Source: Verrucomicrobiota bacterium (GTDB lineage Bacteria > Verrucomicrobiota > Verrucomicrobiia > Limisphaerales > J093). Taken from it: a DNA stretch of 64,000 nucleotides. The stretch is taken from positions 13,771 to 77,770 of the forward strand of contig VHCO01000002.1 of assembly GCA_016871715.1 (NCBI GenBank). Direction: 5' to 3'. Below are positions 9,859 through 19,949 of the stretch, one piece after another. The translations under genes were made by a program, and so were the position numbers. The notes beneath the pieces were generated by a model. The model worked only from the letters and a program-made list of their open reading frames with translations. It had not been told where the DNA came from and made no database searches. Position 1 is the first letter of the stretch, and each line of letters starts with the position of its first letter.

Positions 9859-9861
9859 AGG

Positions 9862-11292
9862 CTAGGGACGGAAGAACGTGAGGTAAGGCTCCGCGCGCGC
9901 CTCGCGCAGGATCAGCAGGGCAAGTTCGCGCGCGTGGTAGTCGCCCCACATCGAACTCTCGCCATTGGGTACTTTCTGCTTCGGCGCGACGTAGTCCCAG
10001 CCATTGGGCCGGTGATAGACGGAGTGAAGGATGAGTCCTTGGTGCTTGGGGTGAGTCGAGAGGTAAGGTTCGTCGAAGAGGGTGTCGGCGACGGTGAATG
10101 CGGCGAGGCGATAGCGGTTGGCCTCCGAGCGGTGACCTTGGGCGCCAAGATAATTGCCCAGACGCAACAGGCCTTGCGCGGCAATGGCGGCGGCCGAGCT
10201 ATCCACCGGTTCCCAAGCATTGAACGGGTCGGAGGGTTGCGAGGCGTAATCGCCCAGCCGATGGCGGTCGGGCGCCCCGGTATCCCACAGGGGAATCCCG
10301 TCTGCACAGCAGTGGGACAGATAGAACTCCGCTGTAACGCTGGCCGCGCGGAGGAAGGTCTTGCGCGTGGCGGTCGCGCTGAGAGGGTGACGCGCGGGGG
10401 TGCCAACTGATCGCCCGGGCGGTCTGGTGGGCGGGCGGTGGAAGGCGGCGGCCGGGACAGTCTCCAGGAACTCGAGTAGCTCGGCGAAACCGCAGATGGC
10501 CCAGGCCAAACCGCGGGTCCAGGTGCTGAAGGGCGAGTAACCCTGCTGCGAGTTGGGGCAGCGGAACAGGCCGCTGCGCGTGTTGAAGATCGCCTCGTGC
10601 GCGGTTCGGCCGGGCACGTCATAGGCATCGCGCCGCTCGCCGTAGTAGAGGTTGTACCGCGCGGTGTTGAGGCCGTGTTCGACCAGGCGTGCGAGCAGGG
10701 AGATGCGCAGGTCTTGTTCTCCCATCAAGACGTGGCCGAGTTGATGCCCCAAGCCCAACACCCGCAGCGAGCGAACGGTATCCACGAAGAGCGAGTGGGG
10801 GCCGTTGAAGGAGTGGATGAATCCGGTGCCGTCTGCCAGGGTCGTCCAGCGGGCCGCCTGCACAGCGCCACTGACCTTCAAGGCCAACTCGTACCCGTCG
10901 AGCTCGCGGTCGTTGAACCGGAGGCGACCGGCGCGCATCAAGCGCCAGAGGTTGCCGTAGGTCGAGATATTATTGAACCCGTGGTCGTGGACGCCGACGT
11001 GCGAGACATGGGGCGCCATGCGTTCGAGGGTGTGGCGCCGGCCGAGCTCGAGGAAGCGCTCCTCGCCGGTGGCGTCGAACTGCAGCAGGGCCGAGCCGTA
11101 CTGGAATCCTTGGGTCCACTCCGTCCAACCGCGCGAGGTGTAGCGGCCTCGGGCCGTGAAGACGGGCGTCCCGCGCGCAGGCAGCCAGGTCTTCTCGAGG
11201 CTAAGGATCTTCCGGGCCGACAACTCGAAGAGGCGCTCGATTTTCGGGACAAGTTTCCCGGCGGTGAGGTGGGGGAGGAGGCGCAGAGGCAT
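9862..11292 (-). CDS. Glycoside hydrolase family 88-like (unsaturated glucuronyl hydrolase-type) protein
   Basis: 476 aa. WTEWTQGF, HDHGF motif (UGL HDxGF), FVDT, STWTRGLAWA, DSSAAAIAA and WGDY. Confidence 0.8.
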   Translation of the reverse strand: MPLRLLPHLTAGKLVPKIERLFELSARKILSLEKTWLPARGTPVFTARGRYTSRGWTEWTQGFQYGSALLQFDATGEERFLELGRRHTLERMAPHVSHVGVHDHGFNNISTYGNLWRLMRAGRLRFNDRELDGYELALKVSGAVQAARWTTLADGTGFIHSFNGPHSLFVDTVRSLRVLGLGHQLGHVLMGEQDLRISLLARLVEHGLNTARYNLYYGERRDAYDVPGRTAHEAIFNTRSGLFRCPNSQQGYSPFSTWTRGLAWAICGFAELLEFLETVPAAAFHRPPTRPPGRSVGTPARHPLSATATRKTFLRAASVTAEFYLSHCCADGIPLWDTGAPDRHRLGDYASQPSDPFNAWEPVDSSAAAIAAQGLLRLGNYLGAQGHRSEANRYRLAAFTVADTLFDEPYLSTHPKHQGLILHSVYHRPNGWDYVAPKQKVPNGESSMWGDYHARELALLILREARAEPYLTFFRP

Positions 11293-11312
11293 AAGACGTT
11301 GCCGAGCGGTTC

Positions 11313-11331
11313 GAGGGTGAAGGGTGAAGGG
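11313..11331. repeat. Short heptamer tandem repeat (AGGGTGA)n between the SDR and GH88 genes
   Basis: GAGGGTGAAGGGTGAAGGG read directly. Confidence 0.55.
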
Positions 11332-11340
11332 CGCGCGCGC

Positions 11341-12150
11341 CTAGAGCCTCCGCAGGTGGAATCCCCCATCCACATTGAACACCTCGCCGGTACTGAAGGG
11401 GAACCGCTCCTGGACGATGGCGACCACCGCCTGACCGACGTCGGCAGGCGTGCCCCAGCGCGGCATGGGCGTGAGGCCCGAGGCGATGAGGGCGTCGTAC
11501 TTGGCGCGCACCGGCGCGGTCATGTCCGTGTCGATGATGCCGGGTCGGAGCTCGAAGACTTGAATGCCGTCGGCCGCGAGGCGGGCGGCGAACAAGGGGG
11601 TGAGCATGGTCAGGGCCGCTTTGCTCATGCAGTAATCGCCACGGTTGACGGAAGCGGCGTAGGCGCTTATGGACGAGACCGTCACGATCTTAGGGTGGAA
11701 GGGCTCGGCCGCGGCGCCTGCTTGGGCCCGGACGGCTTGCTGCTCGAGCATCCACTGGGCGGCGAGTTGGGTGAGGAAAAAGGGCCCCTTGACGTTCACC
11801 GCTATGAGATGATCGAAGCTCTCCTCGCTCGCGTCGAGCAGGTCGGCCCGGGTCCGGGGCGCGATCCCGGCGTTGTTGACGAGCAGATCCAGCCGGCTGA
11901 ACGTGGACCGGGCCAGGGCGAGCAGTCGCTGGCGGTCGGCTGCGCGACTAATATCCGCCTGGGCCGACACGGCGCGAATGGTGCGGCCCGTTGTCTGGGC
12001 GGCGGCCAGGCAAGCGGCAATGGTCTGGCCGGCTGCCTCTGCATTACCGAGGTAGTTGATCATCACATCGTAGCCAAGCTTGGCCAGTTCGAGCGCGATA
12101 CCGCGCCCGATGCCGCGCGAAGCGCCGGTGATGAGCGCCACAGGGTTCAT
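11341..12150 (-). CDS. Short-chain dehydrogenase/reductase (SDR, FabG-like)
   Basis: 269 aa. TGASRGIG, NNAG, catalytic YCMSK and PGIIDTDM. Confidence 0.92.
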   Translation of the reverse strand: MNPVALITGASRGIGRGIALELAKLGYDVMINYLGNAEAAGQTIAACLAAAQTTGRTIRAVSAQADISRAADRQRLLALARSTFSRLDLLVNNAGIAPRTRADLLDASEESFDHLIAVNVKGPFFLTQLAAQWMLEQQAVRAQAGAAAEPFHPKIVTVSSISAYAASVNRGDYCMSKAALTMLTPLFAARLAADGIQVFELRPGIIDTDMTAPVRAKYDALIASGLTPMPRWGTPADVGQAVVAIVQERFPFSTGEVFNVDGGFHLRRL

Positions 12151-12250
12151 CCGGAGCTCAGTCTACCGGGCGGCTCGGGTTTTGGGAAGCGTTGGCGCGG
12201 TCGAGTCTGAGTTGGCCAACGCGATGCGAGCTTGCTAGCCTGCAGGCGTT

Positions 12251-12769
12251 ATGAGTGCAACAAAACAGCCCAGACAGGCCAAGACCACGAGCCGGCAGCC
12301 CGGCCCATCAGGCAAGGCCTTTCTGCGCGTCGCGCTCGCCCTGGCCGTTCTCGTGCCGATCGCCGCGTTTGTGCTCCTGGACTCCGGACCGCCCACCGCA
12401 AGCCCGACCCGGCCCGAGGCGGCGTCTCCGCCGGGATCGGAGAACGCCGAGGTGGCCAAGCCGCATTTGGGCTTTCTCGAGGGCCGTTGGTACCGGCCGG
12501 ACGGCGGGTACGTTATCGAGCTCCGAGAAGACCAAGCCGCCGGCCGGTGGCAGGCCGCCTACTACAATCCGCAGTCCATCAACGTGTCGCAGGTCCAGGT
12601 CTTCAAGGATGGGCCTGCCACGAAAGTGCTGATCGAGTTGCAGGACGTGAACTATCCCGGGTGCAAGTATGACCTCACCTATATCCCTCAGGAAGATCTG
12701 TTGGCCGGCTCCTACTATCAGGCGGCCCTCGATCAGACGTACGACGTCCAGTTTGTCCGTATGAAGTGA
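12251..12769 (+). CDS. Hypothetical membrane-anchored protein
   Basis: 172 aa. N-terminal hydrophobic helix, then a compact beta-rich domain (GRWYRPDGGY...DVNYPGCKYDLTY); GC3-rich codon usage. Confidence 0.65.
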   Translation: MSATKQPRQAKTTSRQPGPSGKAFLRVALALAVLVPIAAFVLLDSGPPTASPTRPEAASPPGSENAEVAKPHLGFLEGRWYRPDGGYVIELREDQAAGRWQAAYYNPQSINVSQVQVFKDGPATKVLIELQDVNYPGCKYDLTYIPQEDLLAGSYYQAALDQTYDVQFVRMK

Positions 12770-12778
12770 ACCTCGGCT

Positions 12779-14104
12779 TCAGGGCCGAGAGGGCCGCGGG
12801 TCGAGGGTCACCACGCACACCTGGTTGGCCAAACGCTCGGGTGAAGGAATGCGTCGTACAAAGGCGATTTGCCGGCCGTTCGGGGAGAACACGCACGCCT
12901 CGGGCCGGGGCGCTTGGTCGGGGGCCGTCGCTGGGGTCAACCGGTGCGTCTGGCCCGTTTGGGTGTCCGTCACGCACACGCTGCCGTCCATGACATGCGC
13001 AAGGAGTTGCCCGTCTGGGCTCCACGTGAAGGTCGAACCGATGGGCGCGCTGTTACGCGTGAGCTGCACGGGCGGGCCGCCGTTGGGCGAGACGGTCCAG
13101 AGCTGAACGATCCCAGCCTCGTCCCGCATCAGGAACGCAATGCGGCTGCCATCGGGCGCACAACGCAGCCAATGGCGGGGGCCTTGGACACCCGGGTACC
13201 GGCGGTCGGCAGTGTAGGTCAGTCGCCGTTGCGTGACGCCCTTGGGCGGGCGGGGCCGCCACTGCGTGCTCCCCGCTAACGGCCCCTCACCAACCGCCGT
13301 CAGGCCCTCCGGCAAGTCCGCCACAAACACCTCCGTGATCGTCTCCCCGCTGGCCGTGACGACATGCCCTTGGAAGGCGAGCGCGCGTCGTTGCCGCGTG
13401 CCATCTGGCCGCAAGTAACCGCGGGTGCCAATCCAGCCTTCCTCGCAGGCCTTTTTGATCTGGTCGGAACCCGGCTGAGGTCGGGCGGTCGTGTGCGTGA
13501 CGAGCACGGTGAAAAACTCGCCGTCATGGTTCCGTGGGTGATCGCGGTTAACGCGGACGGGGCGTCCGGGCACACTCACACCCACGTTGCGCAAGTTGAT
13601 CTCTTGCTCCGCGGTCTCTTCCCTCATGGAGGCAAGCACGTGGTCCTCGTAGGTGAAGCTCACCCACTCGCCCGCCTGATCCCAGACGTGGACGTGTGAC
13701 CCGCCTCGCAGGGCACCGGCCGTGAAGGGCGGCGTGAGGTCCCGGGCGTCCAGGTTCAAACCCACCCCGGGCCGCGCAACCTCCACGATCACCCCCTGGC
13801 GATGAAACGGGCCGTATTGCCAATCCGGCGTAGGATCCTCTGGGCCAAGAATGAACACCACGCGCTCCTGGCGCGGATGGAACGTGACCACCCCGCAATG
13901 CGCCCCGCGCCGACCCTCGTAGAGCACCCGCACCGCGCCGGTGCGGACCTGCACCATCTCGATGCGGTCGCCGTCGAACACTTCGCCCGCGGGATCGGAT
14001 CGCGTGTCGTAGACGATCCACTCCCCGTCGGGCGACCAGACGCCACTGTTAGTGAGGATGCGACCGCCGGGGCCGCGGGTGACTTGTTGCTCGACAGCGT
14101 TCAT
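12779..14104 (-). CDS. DUF3748/YidR-like TolB-type beta-propeller protein
   Basis: QVTRGPGGRILTNSGVWSPDGEWIVYDTR, GGSHVHVW, KACEEGW and FSPNGRQIAF. Start placed at MNAVEQ (14104); an upstream start adding a signal peptide is possible (ORF open to 14431). Confidence 0.75.
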   Translation of the reverse strand: MNAVEQQVTRGPGGRILTNSGVWSPDGEWIVYDTRSDPAGEVFDGDRIEMVQVRTGAVRVLYEGRRGAHCGVVTFHPRQERVVFILGPEDPTPDWQYGPFHRQGVIVEVARPGVGLNLDARDLTPPFTAGALRGGSHVHVWDQAGEWVSFTYEDHVLASMREETAEQEINLRNVGVSVPGRPVRVNRDHPRNHDGEFFTVLVTHTTARPQPGSDQIKKACEEGWIGTRGYLRPDGTRQRRALAFQGHVVTASGETITEVFVADLPEGLTAVGEGPLAGSTQWRPRPPKGVTQRRLTYTADRRYPGVQGPRHWLRCAPDGSRIAFLMRDEAGIVQLWTVSPNGGPPVQLTRNSAPIGSTFTWSPDGQLLAHVMDGSVCVTDTQTGQTHRLTPATAPDQAPRPEACVFSPNGRQIAFVRRIPSPERLANQVCVVTLDPRPSRP

Positions 14105-14538
14105 ACGATCGGCAGCAAACTGGATCGGTCCAGCGGCCGAGAGGAGCAGCGCGCCGACCAAGGACAACGGCGTCGATAAACCAGCGCTGGCGAAACGCGC
14201 CCAGGAGGACGGCGGCAGCGGCAGACGGCGCGGATGGGCTGGCCGGTTCACAGCGAGGGAGGCTACCACGATCCAGCGATGGCGACGAGCAACTTCCCGA
14301 GCATCACCCGGTTTCACCCAGCTTGCCCTTACCCTCGGTCCGTGGCGAGCCTGGTCATGGTCTTGCCCATCCGCCCCTGAATCTGAGCCTGTCCGGTAAC
14401 CGCTCTCCCTCCCAGGGCCCCGGGGTGACAAGGATGCACTGTGCTTAAAGCCCTGTGGTTAAAGCCGTTGACGCCCCGCCGGCTCTCGACGAGCACCCTC
14501 GCGGCCGCCATGGACTTCCGTCTGTGGGGCTTGGGCTG

Positions 14539-14601
14539 GTGTCAACCATTATTACCCTGGCATAAAGTACTAATGGCGACTTCTACGTGTCAACAATTAA
14601 A
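14539..14601. repeat. Direct pair of GTGTCAACNATTA motifs 48 bp apart
   Basis: GTGTCAACCATTAT at 14539 and GTGTCAACAATTAA at 14587, separated by an AT-rich spacer. Confidence 0.75.
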
Positions 14602-14793
14602 AACCCGGAAGAAAATCGTCATAGTCATGGGGACAGCCTTGGACTGGCGGTTGGCGCCCTGGCGCTCGCGCGGCCGCCAAGGCAAACGCAAAGAGGCTTG
14701 GCAGCGGGCTCGGGTCGGCGCAGCATGCTCGCCACACCGCATTCACATCCACCGCACCCAGCTATGCGAACCGCGCAAACCTTGCGAACCCCG

Positions 14794-15516
14794 ATGAGAC
14801 CCATTCGACCCGCCTCCCCCTTCGCACTGGCCCTCGTATTCCTGTTGGGCTGGACGAGCCACCTGGCTTTACCGGTTCCGTTGAAGGCCGCAGAACCGCT
14901 GTTTCAGGACGATTTCCGCGGCCGACTGGGGGAGGGTTGGTCCTGGATACGGGAGGAGGCCGGGGCATGGCGAGTGACTGAACGCGGGCTCGAGCTGCGA
15001 ATCCTCCCCGGCAATCTGTGGGGCGGGCGCAATAACGCCAAGAACCTCCTGGTGCGCCCGGCGCCCGACACGGCGCAGGGGGAACTGGAGATTGCGGTGA
15101 CCGTCGAGAATCGGCCGACCGGCCAGTACGAACAGGTCGGCTTGGCCTGGTACTACGACGACAGCCACATGGTGAAGTTGGTGCGGGAATTGGTGGATGG
15201 CACCGTGCGCGTCTGCATGGGGCGGGAGCAAGCGGACCGGACGCGGACGCTGGGTTTAGTGCCGGTGGAGGCGCCGTGGTATCGGTTGCGGTTATTGGTG
15301 GCGGGGAACCAGATCCGAGGCCAGTACCGCGCCGCAGGGTCGGAGCAGTGGCTCGAGGCTGGCGCCGCAGACCTGCCGGCGCCTCCGGGTGGCGAGGCCA
15401 AGATCATCCTGCACTCCTACAATGGCCCCGCGGACGCAGAACACTGGGCGAAGCTCACTGAGTTTCGGGTGACGCGCCGGGAGAGGGAGAAGGAAGCAGC
15501 GCGACCTGAGCCCTGA
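14794..15516 (+). CDS. Secreted DUF1349/concanavalin A-like beta-sandwich protein
   Basis: Signal peptide (MRPIRPASPFALALVFLLG...LKAA), then DDFRGRLGEGWSWIRE...YEQVGLAWYYDDSHMVKL. Start 14794 or 14764. Confidence 0.7.
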   Translation: MRPIRPASPFALALVFLLGWTSHLALPVPLKAAEPLFQDDFRGRLGEGWSWIREEAGAWRVTERGLELRILPGNLWGGRNNAKNLLVRPAPDTAQGELEIAVTVENRPTGQYEQVGLAWYYDDSHMVKLVRELVDGTVRVCMGREQADRTRTLGLVPVEAPWYRLRLLVAGNQIRGQYRAAGSEQWLEAGAADLPAPPGGEAKIILHSYNGPADAEHWAKLTEFRVTRREREKEAARPEP

Positions 15517-15533
15517 AACGGGCGGCCGCGGTT

Positions 15534-17339
15534 CTAGACCAGGGCTTGCAGCGGTTGCTGCTTGGCCAGCCGCAACTGCTGTTGGCGGCGGAGCATTTCG
15601 AGGCGTGCGGCTTCGTCGGTGGCGGGGTCGGCGATTTGGCGGGTCAGGGCGGCAATCTCCCTGCTCCAGTACTGGTCGCGCTGGCGCTTGACGACGTCGG
15701 CGAGTTGCTCGGCCCGGTGTTTGATCTCGCGATGCTCGGCGACGGCTTCGGTAATGAGCCGTTGTGCGGCGGGGTCTTGGGTCTCGCCGAGGAGGGCTGC
15801 CACGCCGCGCCAATTACCTTCCGCCTGGGCGGCGAACCGCCGTTCGATCAGGCTACGCACCAAGGGGTGTTGGATCCAGAGAGGGTCCAGGTGGAGCGCA
15901 GCCCAGGCCGGCAGCTCGTCGTCCAGGAGCAGCAATTTCAGTAGCCAGAACTCCTGCGAGGAAGGGGCCACGGCAGGCACGGCTTCGGTTGGTGCCGGGT
16001 TAGGGTCGCGCGGCCGCGAAGGGGCGGGAGCAGCTCGAGCGGCGCGCCGGAACTCGGCGCGCACGGCCTCGGGGCTGACGCCCAGGCGCTGAGCGGTCTT
16101 CAGGGCGTGGGCATCGAGGAGCACGGCGTTCGCGGTTTTGTGGAGGGCCTCGGCCATCACGCGGGTGACGGTCAAGCGACCGCGATCGCTGGCCAGGTCG
16201 TGGGTAGCGCAGAGGTGTTCGAGGAGGAAGTCGAAGAAGCCCTGGGCGCGCTGGATGAGGTCGCGGAAGGCCGGGCCGCCGTGGGCGCGGATGAAGCTGT
16301 CCGGGTCGTGGGGGGCTGGGACGGAAGCGACGCGGATCGCGAGGCCGGAGGCGAGGAGATCGTCGAGCGCGCGCAGGGCGGCGTTCTGGCCGGCGGCATC
16401 CGAGTCGAAGCAGAGGACGACTTCGTCGGTGAAACGCTTGAGGATGCGGCAGTGGTCGGCGGTGAGGGCGGTGCCTTGGGGTGCGACGACATTGCGGACG
16501 TCGGCCAAGTAGCAGGCAATGAGGTCCAGTTGGCCTTCGCAGATGACGGCGTAGCCCGCATCGAGGATAGCGCGTTTAGACTTGTCGAGGCCGAACATGA
16601 TCTTGCCCTTGGTGAAGATGGGGGTTTCGGGCGAGTTCACGTACTTGGCGGTTTTCTCGTCGCCGCTGAGGATGCGGCCGCTGAAGGCGACGACTCGGCC
16701 TTGTTCGTCGCAGATGGGGAACATGAGGCGGCTGCGGAAGCGGTCGTAGCAGTGGGTGTCGCCTTCTTTGCGGACGACAAGGCCGGTCTGCTCGAGGAGG
16801 GCGAGGTCATGGCCCTTGCTTTTGGCCCAGTTGACGGTGTCGTCCCAGGCCTCGGGGGCATAGCCGAGCCGGAATAGCCCAATGGCGTCGGGCGACACGC
16901 CGCGCCGTTCGAGGTAGGCGCGGGCGGTCTGGCCGGCGGCGTCGTGGGTCAGGGCTGCGTGCCACCGTTGGGCGATCTGCTCGTGGATTTGCAGCAGGGT
17001 GTCTTTGAGGAAGCGGGTTTGGGTGGCGCGCGGGTCGGTGTCGAACTCGAGCGGGATTTTGGCGCGCTCGGCGAGGCGCCGCACGGCCTCGACGAAGGTG
17101 AGGTTTTCGTACTCGCGGATGAAGGTGTAGACATCGCCGCCTTTGTGGCAGCCGAAGCAGTGGAAGATCTGGCGGTGGGGGTTGACGTGGAAGCTCGGGG
17201 TACGCTCTTTGTGGAAGGGGCAGAGGGCGACGAAGTTGGCGCCGGCGCGTTTAAGGGGCAAGTAGCTGCCCACCACCTCGACGATGTCGTTGGCCGCGCG
17301 GATCTGGTCGAGGGTGGCGGGCGAGATGAGTCCGGGCAT
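15534..17339 (-). CDS. dnaG: DNA primase
   Basis: 601 aa. CHC2 zinc finger (CPFHKERTPSF...CFGC), DRFRSRLMFPI, KYVNSPET and TOPRIM (EGQLD, DSDAAG). Confidence 0.97.
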   Translation of the reverse strand: MPGLISPATLDQIRAANDIVEVVGSYLPLKRAGANFVALCPFHKERTPSFHVNPHRQIFHCFGCHKGGDVYTFIREYENLTFVEAVRRLAERAKIPLEFDTDPRATQTRFLKDTLLQIHEQIAQRWHAALTHDAAGQTARAYLERRGVSPDAIGLFRLGYAPEAWDDTVNWAKSKGHDLALLEQTGLVVRKEGDTHCYDRFRSRLMFPICDEQGRVVAFSGRILSGDEKTAKYVNSPETPIFTKGKIMFGLDKSKRAILDAGYAVICEGQLDLIACYLADVRNVVAPQGTALTADHCRILKRFTDEVVLCFDSDAAGQNAALRALDDLLASGLAIRVASVPAPHDPDSFIRAHGGPAFRDLIQRAQGFFDFLLEHLCATHDLASDRGRLTVTRVMAEALHKTANAVLLDAHALKTAQRLGVSPEAVRAEFRRAARAAPAPSRPRDPNPAPTEAVPAVAPSSQEFWLLKLLLLDDELPAWAALHLDPLWIQHPLVRSLIERRFAAQAEGNWRGVAALLGETQDPAAQRLITEAVAEHREIKHRAEQLADVVKRQRDQYWSREIAALTRQIADPATDEAARLEMLRRQQQLRLAKQQPLQALV

Positions 17340-17356
17340 GGCAGGCGGGGAGCGGT

Positions 17357-18001
17357 CTACTTGGGTTCGAGGACTTGGTCGACGGCGCGTTCGCGGCGAT
17401 GGGCTGGGGTGTTGGGTTGGCTGCGGCCGGGGGTGGGCACCGACTCGATGAGCAGGTTGCTCAGGTGCCGGGTGACCAGGCGACCGGTCCAGGACTCACG
17501 GAGGACGGCGTGTTGGATGCTGCCGAAGGTGGGGAAGGTGATGACGCCGAAGTTTTCGCGTTGCATGCGCGCGTTGGCGGCGCGTTTGGCTTCGCTAATG
17601 TAGGGAGCGCTGATGAGGGCCATGAAGAAGACGAGCCGGCAGGCATGGCGCAGCGCGCCGGCGGCCATGCCGAAGACGTACTCGGACTGGCCGAAGACGT
17701 CGCTACTGACGAGTTTATCGCCGAGGCCATGTCGGGCGCAGTCGCACAGCCACTTAATCAGCAGCGCATCGAGCGCGTAGACGGCGGCGCGGCAGAAGTT
17801 GGGGTGCAGGCCGCTGGCGAGGTGCAGGAAATCGCCGAAGAGGGCGTAGGTGTACGAGCCAACCACCAGGATCAACAGCCACTGGAGCAAGGGCAGCAGC
17901 TCCTCGGACATGCCGTTGCGCCGGCCGCGGTAGACGCCATACAGGAGGACGGCGGCGACCGCGAGGTCGAACCATTCCAGGCTCATCTGGTCCCACTGCA
18001 T
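17357..18001 (-). CDS. cvpA: CvpA (colicin V production) family membrane protein
   Basis: FDLAVAAVLLYGVYRGRRNGMSEEL and later VFGMAAGALR, typical of CvpA. Start likely at 18001 or 17986. Confidence 0.75.
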   Translation of the reverse strand: MQWDQMSLEWFDLAVAAVLLYGVYRGRRNGMSEELLPLLQWLLILVVGSYTYALFGDFLHLASGLHPNFCRAAVYALDALLIKWLCDCARHGLGDKLVSSDVFGQSEYVFGMAAGALRHACRLVFFMALISAPYISEAKRAANARMQRENFGVITFPTFGSIQHAVLRESWTGRLVTRHLSNLLIESVPTPGRSQPNTPAHRRERAVDQVLEPK

Positions 18002-18218
18002 GTTGCGGCGTGCCCTTACCGTTGAATTCCCAGGCAGAGTAATGCGGCGCGGGCAGATTGCCAGTCCCAAGTGGCGGGTGGAGCGCGCGGGAGGGGGGCG
18101 CGAGGATCAGAAGGTCCCGAGCTCGGCCGGGAGCGGGGCGAGCCCAGTCCAGGCTTGCGGGAAACGGGAGGGACCGGATACTTCGGGGCGGCGGCGTGGA
18201 ATGGCGGGGATCGGTTTC

Positions 18219-18485
18219 ATGATTTGGTCGAGAGTCATGCTGGTGGTGGTGGCGCTGGTGGTGTTGGTGGTATTGGCCAACGTCCTGATGGCGGTGTTGC
18301 CGCTGGTGTTGGCGGTGCTGGGGGCGGCGGTTCCCGTAGGCTTGGCGGTGCTGGGGATTTTGTCGTGCTTAGGCTCGGAGAAAGGCACGAACGTGAAGTT
18401 ATTGTGGGTGCTGGTGATGGTTTTAGCGCCGATCCTGGGCCCGCTGCTGTGGTTTTTTGGGGGCGGCAACACACCTGAGTCATGA
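18219..18485 (+). CDS. Small membrane protein with PLDc N-terminal-like domain
   Basis: Hydrophobic helices and KLLWVLVMVLAPILGPLLWFF (K..W...I...P..G...W motif). The stop overlaps the purF start (ATGA). Start 18201 or 18219. Confidence 0.7.
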   Translation: MIWSRVMLVVVALVVLVVLANVLMAVLPLVLAVLGAAVPVGLAVLGILSCLGSEKGTNVKLLWVLVMVLAPILGPLLWFFGGGNTPES

Positions 18486-19942
18486 CCGAGTACCCGCGCC
18501 ACTACTGCGGTGTCTTTGGCATCTACGGGCATGCGAATGCGGCCGAGCTGACGTACTACGGGTTGTACGCCCTGCAACACCGGGGGCAGGAAAGCGCGGG
18601 GATTGTGAGCTGCGACGGGCGGACGTTTCGGGTGCACCGGGGGATGGGCTTGGTGCCGCAGGTGTTCAACGGCCGGATGCTGCACGACCTGGTGGGGCAC
18701 ATGGCGGTCGGCCACACGCGCTACTCGACGACGGGTTCATCGCACTTGCGCAATGCGCAGCCGTTGACGGTGGATTGCGCGCGCGGGCAGATTGCGATCG
18801 CGCACAACGGGAATCTGACCAACGCGGCGCGGTTGCGGGAGGAACTCGAGGGGCAGGGTTCGATTTTCCAGACCACGGTGGACAGCGAGATCATTCTGCA
18901 TCTGATGGCGCAGCCGATGCTGGGCGGGACGGTGAACAACTTGGTGCAGACGCTGCACCGGATCGAGGGGGCCTATTCGCTGGTCTTGATGACCGAAAAC
19001 GAGGTGATCGGGGTGCGCGATCCGCACGGGTTTCGGCCGCTGACGCTGGGGCGAGTGGGGGAGGCGTGGGTCTTGGCGAGTGAGACCTGCGCATTGGACC
19101 TGATTGGGGCCAAGTGGGTGCGCGACGTCGTCCCGGGGGAGATTGTGGTGATCAACCAGGAAGGGGTGCGGAGCGTGCAGGCCTTTCCGGACCACCAACG
19201 ACGCGCCTTCTGCATTTTCGAGTATGTGTATTTTGCGCGGCCGGACAGCACGGTCAGTGAGCGCAATGTGCATCGGGTGCGAGTCGAGATGGGGCGGCAA
19301 CTGGCCCGCGAGCAGCCGCGGGCAGCGGACATGGTGGTGCCGGTGCCGGACAGCGGGAATTGCGCCGCCCTCGGGTACGCGCTCGAGTCGGGGATCCCGT
19401 TCGAGATGGCCTTTGTGCGCAACCACTATGTGGGGCGGAGCTTTCTGCAGCCGACCCAGCTCATCCGGGATTTCAATGTGCGAGTGAAGTTGAACTTGAT
19501 TGGGGAGGTGGTGCGGGGCAAGCGGGTGATTATCGTCGACGACTCGATTGTGCGGGGGACCACCTGCCGGCAGCGGGTCAACAACCTCAAGGAAGCGGGG
19601 GCGAAGGAAGTCCACGTGATGGTCAGTTGTCCGCCCCACATGCACCCGTGCGTGTACGGAATCGACTTTCCCGATCGGAGCAAACTGATGGCCGCCAGCC
19701 ACTCGTTGGACGAGATTCGCCAATACCTCAAGGCGGATTCGTTGGCGTACTTGTCGCAGGAAGGGTTGGTGAAGGCCACGGGTTTCGGCCCCGAGGCGTT
19801 CTGCATGGCGTGCTACGACGGCCGCTATCCTGTGGCCTACGACGAGCGGTTGGACAAACTGATTATGGAGCGCCGGCGGGCGCGGGTGCAGAGTCTGGGG
19901 GAAGCCCTCGAGTTAGAGGAGCGCCAGACCCGGCTGTTGTAG
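18482..19942 (+). CDS. purF: Amidophosphoribosyltransferase
   Basis: 486 aa. Short propeptide then CGVFG, QHRGQESAG, GHTRYST, HNGN, PRPP-binding VDDSIVRGTT and Fe-S cysteines. Confidence 0.98.
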   Translation: MTEYPRHYCGVFGIYGHANAAELTYYGLYALQHRGQESAGIVSCDGRTFRVHRGMGLVPQVFNGRMLHDLVGHMAVGHTRYSTTGSSHLRNAQPLTVDCARGQIAIAHNGNLTNAARLREELEGQGSIFQTTVDSEIILHLMAQPMLGGTVNNLVQTLHRIEGAYSLVLMTENEVIGVRDPHGFRPLTLGRVGEAWVLASETCALDLIGAKWVRDVVPGEIVVINQEGVRSVQAFPDHQRRAFCIFEYVYFARPDSTVSERNVHRVRVEMGRQLAREQPRAADMVVPVPDSGNCAALGYALESGIPFEMAFVRNHYVGRSFLQPTQLIRDFNVRVKLNLIGEVVRGKRVIIVDDSIVRGTTCRQRVNNLKEAGAKEVHVMVSCPPHMHPCVYGIDFPDRSKLMAASHSLDEIRQYLKADSLAYLSQEGLVKATGFGPEAFCMACYDGRYPVAYDERLDKLIMERRRARVQSLGEALELEERQTRLL

Positions 19943-19949
19943 GCCGGGG

